Shown here: one piece after another, positions 54,328 to 64,000 of the stretch
How positions within the stretch are numbered: position 1 is the stretch's first letter
How the letters are laid out: each line of letters opens with the position of its first letter
NCBI GenBank assembly: GCA_965207445.1
Contig: CBDBLX010000002.1
Coordinates: 992,001 to 1,056,000 of the forward strand
Length of the DNA: 64,000 nucleotides
Direction of reading: 5' to 3'
From: Nitrosopumilus sp.
Lineage (GTDB): Archaea; Thermoproteota; Nitrososphaeria; Nitrososphaerales; Nitrosopumilaceae
Made by a program: the position numbers and the translations under genes
The notes under the pieces: generated by a model
Databases searched by the model: none
Told to the model about the DNA's origin: nothing
Seen by the model: only the letters and a program-made list of their open reading frames with translations

Positions 54328-54819
54328 ATGGTCTCGCGCGCTCAAGTTCTGATACCCATATCTATTGCAGCCATTATCGTTGGTGTGGCGGGTATATACT
54401 CTATTCCTCAAGAAAGCAAGCTTGAGACTGTAAAGTTTCCAATGGGTATGATAAAGGTAGATGATATCATACTAGAGGTACAAATAGCAGAAACTGAACC
54501 GCAACGTGTACGCGGTTTGATGTTTCAAGAACAAATGCCGTATGATGAGGGCATGATATTTGTGTTCCCTGAGCAGGGTTCGTACTCACTCTGGATGCTT
54601 AATATGCAGTTTGCACTTGATATGATATGGTTCGATGAGTTTGGCAATGTGGTGCACATTGAGACTGATGTACCTCCATGTAAAACGGCATTAGAGATTA
54701 CTACCTGTCAGAGTATTATCCCTGATGGAATGGCCACATATATCTTGGAAGTGACTGCTGGATTTGTCGATATGTATAACATCACACCTGACTCTAAACT
54801 AGAGATAATCTCAATTTAA
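54328..54819 (+). CDS. DUF192-family protein with an N-terminal membrane anchor
   Basis: RGLMFQ..GMIFVF..WMLNMQFALDMIW..YILEV.AG. Confidence 0.9.
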   Translation: MVSRAQVLIPISIAAIIVGVAGIYSIPQESKLETVKFPMGMIKVDDIILEVQIAETEPQRVRGLMFQEQMPYDEGMIFVFPEQGSYSLWMLNMQFALDMIWFDEFGNVVHIETDVPPCKTALEITTCQSIIPDGMATYILEVTAGFVDMYNITPDSKLEIISI

Positions 54820-55378
54820 ATTAACACGTTACATAATTCCTTGACATCTGAGTAAAACAAAATATCATGTATGTATGGCAGACTTGTAGCATAGATACAA
54901 GGCATCTTAGATAACATGTGATTACTTGATTCGTGACAATTCTGACTGAGATGCCATCAATTCCAATTATGTATTTCTGTATCTGTACGCAATTTACAAC
55001 ATACATGGGACTTGCCTGCATCAAATGTCATACAAATTTCTCTGCCCATCAGTAGCATCACATTGTAGGTAAATATCGTATTGTTGATCTCTTGAATTGT
55101 ATTTTGATTTTTTTTTGCCTTGTCCGAATCACAAAGATTATTTTAAGTGCTAATATAACAATCTCCGCAATACACTATGTGCAATGCCTTGGCCCATTTT
55201 TCCCACTTTCTGTGGTTTTTCATATTTGGGTTCAAGGTATTAGAAAAGCTTGTGGTAATTATCTGCAGGGGTGTGACTTTTGGGTAAAGCATTCAGAAAT
55301 TATACAACACATTAATTTAAGGTAATACGTAACTATCTGGACCTGATTTTTTGGATAATTTGAACATTTAATTACACA

Positions 55379-55974
55379 TTAAATGATCTTTTTATGTAAT
55401 GGGTCTGAAATGACTTGAATACTTGACTCTATCTTTGAAATATCTTTAACCAGAATATCTGTCAAGAGATCAAACAAATTTTCATCTTTGTGATTGTACC
55501 TAAACTCGATATACTTGCGATATAATGGGACATGTGTTTTTGGAACACCATGATATGCATACAGAAAATTTTTGGCAAACTCCAAAAACCTTCAATACAG
55601 TTTATGTACACATCATCTCTAACATATTCATCCCTACTATGAGTCACCACTTGATGTGTACTGAGCCCATCAAGTGTGCCGTATGTAGTATGTTCATCTG
55701 CACAGTACAAAGAATCTGACATAGTATGCTTTTCAATTATGGGTCTGAGTGTTTTTTGCTTTCAATTAGGCATAATAAATGTGCAAATTAGTCCATTTTT
55801 AGAATGTGTGCCAAAGACGAGTGTTTTTCCTGCAGCTCCCACACCCCGTTTTCCTTTTCGATTACCTCCAAACATTGCCTCATCCAATTCTACTTTACCA
55901 CCAAAGACGAGTTTTGAAGATGTGTCATATATGGCCTGTCTGAATAACATGAATGTTTGCTCAATGGTACAAAG
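55379..55974 (-). pseudogene. IS1595-family (ISXO2-like) transposase pseudogene
   Basis: Fragments VELDEAMFGG..GKRGVGAAGKTLVFG, INCIEGFWS and YHGV..HVPLY...EFRYN in different frames; the 5' end abuts the M2 MITE. Confidence 0.85.
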
Positions 55975-56123
55975 GTATGAACCAAGCTCTTTGAATACAA
56001 TAATAAAATCACATATCTGTATTTGGTTATATCCTTACTTGAATATAGAATTCTGCATTTGTGCGATGCTTGACTCGGTACTATTTTTTAATGACCATAT
56101 CAGTCATAGAGCTTGGTTCACAC
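55975..56123. mobile_element. MITE family M2, copy 3 (149 bp)
   Basis: 16-bp IR with one mismatch: GTATGAACCAAGCTCT / AGAGCTTGGTTCACAC. Confidence 0.8.
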
Positions 56124-56366
56124 GAATTTTCTTTTCATATTTTATTTTTAATTGAATACATGCATCATCTGCTTTGTCTGGTCTTTTTTGACTCATGGTG
56201 TTGGTAAAGAGCTTTGATCATATATGTGTATTTATTGTTTCCACTGATTTAGATAGATTAATTTAAGTATAAAAAAATATTATCGTAAAACCTCAAAATC
56301 TAAATTATTTTATTTATTCATATTCAAATTTTAAATGAATATATCCGTCAGGAAGGTTGGTTCAGA
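56124..56366 (-). mobile_element. IS66-B 5'-end fragment (copy 3)
   Basis: Closely matches ~12030-12269, including the AGGTTGGTTCA end. Confidence 0.85.
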
Positions 56367-56371
56367 TGATT

Positions 56372-56377
56372 TTTATA
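56372..56377 (+). promoter_or_regulatory. Candidate archaeal TATA box for the GC-rich surface-protein gene
   Basis: TTTATA lies 22-27 bp upstream of the ATG at 56399, matching leaderless spacing. Confidence 0.4.
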
Positions 56378-56398
56378 GTACGTTGGAGTCGCAGTTGT

Positions 56399-58367
56399 AT
56401 GACTATTTCATTAATTAGACAGCTGCGCGTCAAGCAGAGATCTGTTCCCTCTCAATCCCCCCCCCTCTCACACCCCACTCCATCATTCTAACGCGCAACA
56501 TCACCTTTTTACAATAATAACGCCTCTTTTACTTGCCGGAATTATAATCACAATAGTTGCAGCCGTTCCGGCAGCTGACTGGGCCGGCGCCGGCCACGGT
56601 TATGCCGTCCCCCCAATCCCCGACGACCTGAACAGGGCGGCCGTCACGTTCAACTCGCCCTCGGGCGGTGGCACCCTGATAGGGACCGTGACGCTCGAGC
56701 GCCCCGCCACCAAGCAGATGAAGTTCGCAGCCGAGATACGCGAGTGTGTTGTGGACCTGGGCAACGTCGGCAATATCCCACTCCGGTCGGCTAACATGTG
56801 CGGCAGCGACGCGCGCGCCAGCCTGGACCCCAACGACGCGGGGCGCGACTTTTCGCGCAACGTAATCTGGACGGACTCCACCAAGAGCACCGTAGCATAC
56901 TACTATATCCCGACGTACAGGACGATAACCATAGAGAAGGGCCAACAGACCGCCGACGCTACGTGGCAGACGCACAACGACGGCACGTCAAACACGCAGT
57001 CGTTCACGGTGGCGGTCACGCCCCTCACCGGGGGCCCCGTGTACGCACACCACTGGGTGGATCCGGCGAGGCCGCCGGCCGGGACGTTCATGTCCCAGCA
57101 CCACTGGAAGGCGCAGATAAACCCCCCGGTGGTGACTGTCGGCGCAAGTGGTTCCACCAACGTCGTGGAGGGCACCGAGCTCCAAGTACGATTCACCGCA
57201 GCCCCGGCTGCGAACCCGGCGATTCAATTAACCTTCTCCATCTCGGAGACCGGGGACGTTATACACTCTAGCATTGAGGGCATCCGAACCAATATGATCG
57301 AGAGCGGTCTTACCTATAGAATTACGACCCAAGGCGACAGCACCGACGAGGTCGACAGCACCGTCACGGTATCGCTGCGCGCGGGGGACGGCTACACCGT
57401 GGGCAGCCCGTCCAGCGTCACCTTCACCGTCCGCGACAACGACCCAGGCCCACTGGGCAGCGGCAGCCCCCAGCCCCCCACTACCGTCTCGATAGGCATA
57501 GCGGGCGGCGGCGCAGAGGGCGACCCCGTCTCGTTCGGCATCGGCGCGTCCCCCGCGCCCCTGTCGCCTTTGCCAGTCAACGTCACCCTTTCGGGCGCCG
57601 GGAACGTACTCAACGCCTCTGACGCGGGCTGGCGCATCGTGGAGATCCCGCCGATCGGCTCGTATACATTGGAGGTTCCGACCATAGATGACGGCGTCAT
57701 AGACGTCAACAATGTTACGCTCACGATAAACCCAGGCGCCGGCTACACGCCGGGCCAATTTGCAAGCTGGACCGTGGACGTCCAGGACGCCGGGACGACG
57801 TCAAGCCTGATGCAGCCGCCCGTGTACGACAAGCTCACCCAGGCTCAGAATCTGACGGCAGTCGCCATAGACCCAGCGCTGGTCGCCAACGTGACCGCGA
57901 TGGCGTCCCAGGTGCAGCACGGCGCAGACCATGTGGACAGGTGGAACCGCGTTCTAGCTGCCTTTGGTGAGATTGACCACTCAAACCCGATGACCGCAGC
58001 AGAGGCCCGCGACAACGCCGAGAAATACAGCAGCCCGCTGTGGCCAAAGATTGCAGACGTGCTGACATTGCTAGATGCGGCGGCAGCAGAACAAGACGGG
58101 CCGCAGACGCCGCCGGACGTACCGACTGAGCCGGACGCGCCGCCCGCCATAGACCCTGCGCTGATCAACAACGTCAGGGAGCTGGCGGCACAGACGCAGC
58201 ACGGCGATGCGCACGTCGACCGCTGGAACCGCGTGCTGGCCGCATTCGGCGAGATTACCCACGACAACCCGATGACCGCAGCAGAGGCGCAAACCAATGC
58301 AGAAAAGTACAGCAGCCCACTATGGCCGCAGATTGCAAAAGTACTAACGCAGCTTGAGTCAAGGTAG
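56399..58367 (+). CDS. GC-rich secreted/surface protein with Calx-beta/Ig-like domains and two C-terminal helical repeats; frameshifted at a C9 tract as given
   Basis: The frame of ORF 56688-58367 is open back to 56415 and includes a signal-peptide h-region (LFTIITPLLLAGIIITIVAAVP). The ATG at 56399 joins it only with C8 or C11 at 56457-56465. Calx-beta-like segments (DSTDEVDSTVTVSL..GDGYTVG...TVRDND) and two ~71-aa repeats follow. Confidence 0.8.
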
Positions 58368-58377
58368 GTGTTAACCT

Positions 58378-59247
58378 CGTGCCTAGATTTTCACCATTTG
58401 TGTGATTTTTTTTGCCCCACCTGTTCCAAATGCTACAAGTCAGTATTTCGCAATGTGTTTTATATGATTTTATTTGAATAATATGCAATCTCGTTAAACA
58501 TTGATGATCATACTTGATCAAATTAAATAGAAAATACAATATATGGGGATATTCTAATACCTTTCATCATATATGAAAAATTAGGTACCAAAACATCAAT
58601 ATGAATTAGGACAAGTAAATTATAAAGTTTTACGAAAACGATTCGACGATCTCAGACTAAACATATCAACCAGATATAACAGCAAGTATGGTGTGAATGA
58701 TTATCTTGGTACACTTGCAACCATATCGTTCAATAACATGTGTGTAAATGCAGCAACGCACAAAAGAAAACGTAATGAGGCTAACTATTTTAGAAAAAGC
58801 GAGCGCATAAGCATCCCATCTGAAAATACTGTGCTCAAATGCCTAAAGAGTACAGATCTAGAGCAAGTAAAACAATGGGGTGACGAGAACGTCAAATGTT
58901 TAACAATGCCAGAAAATACAACATGCTCAAAAAAGGCCAAGCACTATTGCAATTGATGACTGGATGGGAATATTATGGCAAGGCACTCAAACCTGAGATG
59001 CTAAAAACAAAGCACAAAAATGGCACCGCGATTTCATTCGTTTATGACACAGCACAAGTGGGAAATCAAGCAGAACATACCTTTGTTTACACTTTACTTA
59101 CATTGATATCTAGAACTCAGTCGATTTAGTGACCTGTGATTGCATTTTGGGCAAACTTGCCCTCATGCCCATCTTTTCTTGAGAAAAATGCCTTACTTTT
59201 TGTCAAATTATTTACTAAGATTTTTGGATGGTTGTTAGGCACTACCT
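58378..59247 (+). pseudogene. Internally deleted ISH3-family element (transposase remnants 58693-59129)
   Basis: IPSENTVL and WEYYGK...KHKNGT...VYDT resemble ISH3-type transposases. GTGCCTA / TAGGCAC cores lie at the ends, and a 5' homolog is at 12272-12510. Confidence 0.65.
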
Positions 59248-59351
59248 AGGCGTGAAATTATTTATCAATATGTGCTCTTTCAAGGTCCAAATAGTTACGT
59301 TTACCTAATTTAAATGCAAAACGTATTATCTTTGATTTTTAAAACTACCAT

Positions 59352-60083
59352 ATGAGAAAGATATTACTTTTACCTCTGTTTCTTGGCATTGCTGCTGCAA
59401 TAACGTTTGCCGGATTATTAATCACTGATTCAAATTTTACAACACATGATGATGATGATGCATTGTCTGTCACCCAACCATTGAGTGTACCTTTTGATGA
59501 TGTGGCACAAAAATCTGAGTTGGAAATACCTCCTGCTATATTTACATATTATGATACTGAGAGTGTGTCTGATTCCTTGATGGCATATGGACTACTTTTG
59601 TCTGTACCTGTACCTGTAACAGATCATACAATATCAAAGTATTGTACATATTATAATGGCACATCTGAGAAATTTGAGTCTGTTTCGTACTGTACGACAA
59701 GTGGAATTTCAGACAAGAATGGTATTACTGTTGGAAATTTTAACTTAGGTGGCGATATATCAAATCCTGTAGTATCAATTACTGTATTGGACCCTGTACT
59801 GTCTATTGAGACTGGACACACGATGCCTGCTATGATCTTTGCAGGTGTGATAGAGGGACTTGTATGTGACTGTTGGGCTGAAAAGAAACCTGGCGGATTT
59901 ACATCTGTATTGGAGTGGATGAGTAAATCAGAGTCGATACTAGTTGAAAATCCTGATAAAACATCACTAAAGTCTACTATAGGTGGTCTTGCAGATGGTG
60001 TTACGGTTACACTAGAAGCCACTGCACTATCTAATGGATATCAATGGTCGCTAGTCATATTACAACAGCAACCCCCATCATAA
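59352..60083 (+). CDS. Membrane-anchored/secreted Cys-containing hypothetical protein
   Basis: N-terminal signal/TM segment; YC..YC and LVCDCW..PGGF motifs. Confidence 0.7.
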   Translation: MRKILLLPLFLGIAAAITFAGLLITDSNFTTHDDDDALSVTQPLSVPFDDVAQKSELEIPPAIFTYYDTESVSDSLMAYGLLLSVPVPVTDHTISKYCTYYNGTSEKFESVSYCTTSGISDKNGITVGNFNLGGDISNPVVSITVLDPVLSIETGHTMPAMIFAGVIEGLVCDCWAEKKPGGFTSVLEWMSKSESILVENPDKTSLKSTIGGLADGVTVTLEATALSNGYQWSLVILQQQPPS

Positions 60084-60220
60084 CCCCCATCATAATAATG
60101 CAATAATGTGCACAATTACATTCATATATGATTCTAACTATATTGATCCTGTTAATACTTGAAACATATCACTCATATGGTAACCACTAGATTATTATCC
60201 AATCATTCATTGCATAAATA

Positions 60221-61048
60221 ATGGAAAAGATAAAACAAAAATCTCGTGTACTGTTGTATTACAATCGCTCAAAAAAGTGGCTCGTTACAATAAAAAAAGG
60301 TGAACAACTACATACTCACATTGGTGTACTGTCTCATGATGATGCCATTGGAAAAGAGTATGGCATGCGAATTACAACAAACAAGTCAAAATATGTCTAT
60401 TTGATAAAACCTACTTTGTATGACCATGTTATGAAACTACAACATGGTACACAGATCATCTATCCAAAAGAATTGGGATACATTGTGGCACGCGCCGGTA
60501 TTGGAAGTGGCCAAAAGATACTAGAGATTGGGACTGGAAGCGGTTCACTAACATCTTTTGTGGCAAATATTGTGAGGCCTCGTGGACATGTGTACTCGTT
60601 TGATGTAAATGATGACTTTTTAAAAATTGCACAAAAAAACATAGATCGTGCTGGTGTTGATAAATACGTGACATTGCACAATCTTGATGTAAAAAAACTT
60701 GACTTTGATGAAACTGATCCATGCTGTGATAATGATGACTCGATGCCTGTTTGTGATGCAGATTTGGCCATAATTGATTTGGGTGATCCATGGACTGTAT
60801 TGCCTCAAGTACGAAAAATGCTAAAGGGAAGTGGTTCTTTATTTGCTATATGTCCGACTATGAATCAGTTGGAAAAATTGACAGAAGCTCTAGTTGAAAA
60901 TGAGTTTACTGATATAGAGTCTACTGAGCAAATAATAAGAAACATTGATGCACGAGTTGGCAAGACACGTCACTCTTTTGATGGGATTGGACACACCACA
61001 TACTTGTGTTTTGCACGTAAAGTATTTTTTGAAAAAAATACGTTGTGA
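60221..61048 (+). CDS. trmI: tRNA (adenine-N1)-methyltransferase
   Basis: TQIIYPKE, LEIGTGSGSLT, DLGDPW, PTMNQ and GHTTYL. Confidence 0.93.
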   Translation: MEKIKQKSRVLLYYNRSKKWLVTIKKGEQLHTHIGVLSHDDAIGKEYGMRITTNKSKYVYLIKPTLYDHVMKLQHGTQIIYPKELGYIVARAGIGSGQKILEIGTGSGSLTSFVANIVRPRGHVYSFDVNDDFLKIAQKNIDRAGVDKYVTLHNLDVKKLDFDETDPCCDNDDSMPVCDADLAIIDLGDPWTVLPQVRKMLKGSGSLFAICPTMNQLEKLTEALVENEFTDIESTEQIIRNIDARVGKTRHSFDGIGHTTYLCFARKVFFEKNTL

Positions 61049-61190
61049 TGACCACTCAACTTTATGTGTATACTAGTTAAAAACTAGATAATCTTTTCGT
61101 GATTTTTCGATTTTATTACTGGCGCTCTTATCTCAATTATTAAGTATCTATGAGATATCCCAAGACGTAATAACGGGACTGGTCAAAAAA

Positions 61191-61915
61191 TTGGCCAAAA
61201 AAGATGACAAGATTGCAGAACAACAGCAGATCATTGAGAGTATGGAGAGTGAGTTGAGGGTATACAAGGATAGGGTGAACTATGGTGATGATGATGGTGT
61301 GTGTGAAAAGATAATGATGCTGACAGTGGAGCAGAAGAAAAAAAAGAACTCGGGCAAAAAAAGACCCGGCGTGAATACCGACGCGCCGTGGTCGTGTATG
61401 AGGCGCAAAAAATTGGCTTGATCCCAAGACGGTTGCAGCAGAGACGCAAAAAAAGAAGAAGAAAGCCGGGGGCCCAGAAGGACCACAGAGGTGCGTCGCG
61501 CAGGGGAAAAGTTGACAAGACTGTACACATCTAATCCGGATTATGCGACGGGTGTGAAATATTTGATGGGATAAGAGTCAAGACCATTCGCAAGCGCATA
61601 ATTGACTTGGGCAAACCTAGGCGAACCACAAGTGAAGTGATGTATGTTAAGAATGAGGCTGTGTCCGGAATGCCTCATCCATGTCATCCCGCACGCAGAT
61701 GACATACATGGTACGTCATTTGGGCCGAGCTTGCGCGCACAAATCCACACATACCGGGACGGACATGCAACAGACGACATCCATAGTCCAGTTTCGTCCC
61801 CTACAGGCATAATTGACCAATACGGCTGGCAGGGTTGTCGCCACATGGGTATGAATTTGACCTGATCTGATACCATTTGAGACAATACCAACTCCTCGTA
61901 ACGTTTAACCGTTAC
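61191..61915 (+). pseudogene. IS66-family transposase remnant ending in a GTTAC-type end
   Basis: Coiled-coil start, RKPGAQKDHRG, CDGC, CPEC and GTSFGPSLRAQI in broken frames; GTAACGTTTAACCGTTAC at 61898-61915. Confidence 0.75.
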
Positions 61916-61932
61916 TATACCCACCGTCACAC

Positions 61933-62409
61933 ATGACAGATCCGCGCCTGGCAAGATTCATCCAGTTCCTAGAGGATGAGAACTTGGTAAAATTTGACAT
62001 AGACGGAGAAGGAGAGCGCCAGTTTGAGAACCGGTTCCTGATTCAAAAGTATGTGTTTCTGGCCCAGAAATTCGGGCTTGACCTGCCGTATGACTATGAC
62101 ATTTACACGTGCGGGCCCTACTCCAGTGCCCTTACTAAAACTTACTACAGCATGGCAAGAAACGGGAATGTGTACATGCTGGCCGACAACTCGTCCTTGG
62201 GGGCGTCGTTTGACGCGGAGGGATTCCTCAAGGCAATACGCGACAAGGACAAGCTCTGGCTAAGGGCTGCCACCACCCTGATCAGCTGTGGCAAGCGTTA
62301 CAAAGATCGCGGGGATCTGGTTGAGATTACCAAGTACATAGAAGACGACGAGGAGGACATGCACGTCTCAAAAACATTGTCAGATCTGGAAGCATTACGT
62401 ATTTTGTAA
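61933..62409 (+). CDS. YwgA/SocA(Panacea)-like winged-helix protein, putative antitoxin
   Basis: RFLIQKYVFLAQ...YDYDIYTCGPYSSAL matches the R..LQK..Y...Y..GPYS..L signature; GC higher than flanks. Confidence 0.75.
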   Translation: MTDPRLARFIQFLEDENLVKFDIDGEGERQFENRFLIQKYVFLAQKFGLDLPYDYDIYTCGPYSSALTKTYYSMARNGNVYMLADNSSLGASFDAEGFLKAIRDKDKLWLRAATTLISCGKRYKDRGDLVEITKYIEDDEEDMHVSKTLSDLEALRIL

Positions 62410-62633
62410 GTCGTCCCGGATTTAGTCGGGTATTTCTGGATACACACTCAAACAGAGCGCTCTCGTATTTCTTGATCTTCAGGTTCTCCAGCATGTCGTT
62501 GTCGCGGGTAAAAAAGAACTTGGAGTCGGGATCGGCCAGCACCTCTGACAGAATCATCGCATCGTTCGGTGTCAGTCGATCATCAAGTTCATGTATGTCC
62601 GGCATTATACGCGGCGTATTCATGCGGGTACTC
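62406..62633 (-). pseudogene. C-terminal fragment of a PIN-domain protein
   Basis: LTPNDAMILSEVLADPDSKFFFTRDNDML resembles the PIN D..I....T.D motifs. The 5' side is cut at an IS66-like end (GGGTGAACGGTTAC, to 62647). Confidence 0.55.
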
Positions 62634-62704
62634 GGGTGAACGGTTACTTTTAAAAAACAACACTTGATGGACAAAAATTTATTATTCTCTGATGTGGCTA
62701 GTAT

Positions 62705-63766
62705 ATGGAATCGCATAATAGTAATGTTCTAGTAGATGATAATGATACTTTGTCACCTTTGAATGCATCATACGTCAATGATAAAACCATGGCAGATTTT
62801 TTACCTGCACGACATACATCATCACGAAAAGGGCAAAACGGTAAAGTGTTAGTTGTCGGTGGCAGTAACATATACCATGGCGCACCTATACTCTCGTCAC
62901 TTGCTGCCCTCAGATTTTGTGCAGATTTGGTGTACACTGCAGTACCAAAGATGAATGCTGTTGCTACTAGGGCAATATCATCTGACTTGATCGTACTCCC
63001 AATGGTAGATGCAAAGTTAACTAGGGGCTCTGTTGCAAAATTACTTGGCATGGTATCAAAACACACTTCTACTACCATACATCATAATCCTACCTCATCA
63101 AATCATACTAGCAATGATATGCAAGTTCAAACAAACTCCAATCATTCAACTTTAAACAACGCACAAACCAAATCTACACCACATGGCAGTCTTGATTCTG
63201 CTGCAATTGGAATGGGACTTGCAATCCAAGATCGTACTGCATTAATACGACTAGTAGACTCCCTTGTAAAATCTGATGTTCGTCTGGTCTTGGATGCATC
63301 TGCATTGGTCCCTGAGATCAAAAACACAATTAAAAATACACGTACAATAGTGACTCCTCATGCTGGTGAATTCCTACACCTGTTTGGCCATACCGTACCG
63401 CCAATCTCATCTAATATACAAGAAAGAATAGACATTGTCAGGGATCACGCATTGGATATGGGCATTACCATAATACTAAAGGGCTCAATTGATATAATAT
63501 CTGATGGCAAGATTACCTACTTGTGTGATGCAGGAACACCTGGAATGACCACTGGTGGAACAGGCGATGTTTTAACAGGTATTGCAGCAGGTGCTCTTGC
63601 AATATGTGATGATTCACTAAAAGCAGCAACCGTTGCAGCATATGTGAATGGCAAAGCAGGTGAGATTGTCTCCAAATCTTATAGTTATCATATGATTGCA
63701 AGTGATTTAATTGATGCAATACCTGTGGCACTCTCAGGTTTTGATCGCGTGACTACAAAAAAGTAA
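62705..63766 (+). CDS. nnrD: ADP-dependent NAD(P)H-hydrate dehydratase
   Basis: RKGQNGKVLVVGGS..YHGAP, VLDA, TPHAGEF, ILKG and GGTGDVLTG. Confidence 0.92.
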   Translation: MESHNSNVLVDDNDTLSPLNASYVNDKTMADFLPARHTSSRKGQNGKVLVVGGSNIYHGAPILSSLAALRFCADLVYTAVPKMNAVATRAISSDLIVLPMVDAKLTRGSVAKLLGMVSKHTSTTIHHNPTSSNHTSNDMQVQTNSNHSTLNNAQTKSTPHGSLDSAAIGMGLAIQDRTALIRLVDSLVKSDVRLVLDASALVPEIKNTIKNTRTIVTPHAGEFLHLFGHTVPPISSNIQERIDIVRDHALDMGITIILKGSIDIISDGKITYLCDAGTPGMTTGGTGDVLTGIAAGALAICDDSLKAATVAAYVNGKAGEIVSKSYSYHMIASDLIDAIPVALSGFDRVTTKK

Positions 63767-63804
63767 TGCACAGTATAATAAGTCATCTGAATATACACTG
63801 TGTT

Positions 63805-64000
63805 GTGAAACGACAAAAAATAATTAACAAACAGACTAGTAAAGATGATCCAATTAATGCGATAATTAGGCGCGTATCTAAAGGCACTGATGAGATGATA
63901 TCAAACCTACAGCAATTGATCAGAGAACCTAGCGTATCTGCAAAAGGGCAAGGTCTAGAGAGCTGTGCCAAAACCCTATCTGATATGTTAATTGGTGCTG
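63805..64000 (+). CDS. M20/ArgE-DapE-family metallopeptidase, 5' part (runs off the window)
   Basis: Hand translation ...EMISNLQQLIREPSVSAKGQGLESCA resembles M20 N-termini; the start codon is uncertain. Confidence 0.7.
   Translation, partial: MKRQKIINKQTSKDDPINAIIRRVSKGTDEMISNLQQLIREPSVSAKGQGLESCAKTLSDMLIGA

Noticed and set aside
54821..55330. Possible IS1-like transposase debris
   Set aside because: Only faint motif resemblance across many stops; cannot be supported without a search.
56529..58297. Numerous overlapping alternative-frame ORFs in the GC-rich segment
   Set aside because: These are expected shadow ORFs of high-GC coding DNA; only one frame gives coherent domains.

Overview
This is an AT-rich archaeal chromosome segment. 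The protein families (aEF-2, PolB1, a stand-alone parvulin, DUF6659-like proteins, 'IPxWVKNxAGWW' C-terminal repeats, methylmalonyl-CoA epimerase/mutase/MeaB, futalosine genes) point to an ammonia-oxidising Nitrosopumilaceae (Thaumarchaeota). The heavy load of IS elements, MITEs and pseudogenes suggests a host-associated lineage, possibly a sponge symbiont (inference). The housekeeping backbone is interrupted by several accessory elements. (1) There are two apparently identical 1,674-bp IS4/IS5-superfamily elements, each with its own 9-bp target-site duplication (TSD). (2) A ~9.4-kb defence island encodes a small putative regulator, a PLD-nuclease/SNF2-helicase fusion and an Eco57I/Type IIG-like N6-adenine methyltransferase (MTase). 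It is bracketed by two same-orientation copies of an IS66-like element, and its MTase is cleanly split by a different, intact IS66 with a 9-bp TSD. (3) A GC-rich, probably horizontally acquired surface-protein gene has its signal peptide separated from the start codon by a C9 tract, a candidate phase-variation switch. (4) At least four MITE families are present, two of which share ends with the resident IS66 elements. (5) IS630, IS1595, ISH3 and IS66 remnants and toxin-antitoxin debris (PIN, HEPN/MNT, SocA-like) are scattered throughout. I found no rRNA, tRNA or CRISPR-Cas locus. All family assignments come from motif recognition, not database searches, and GC contrasts are estimated by eye.
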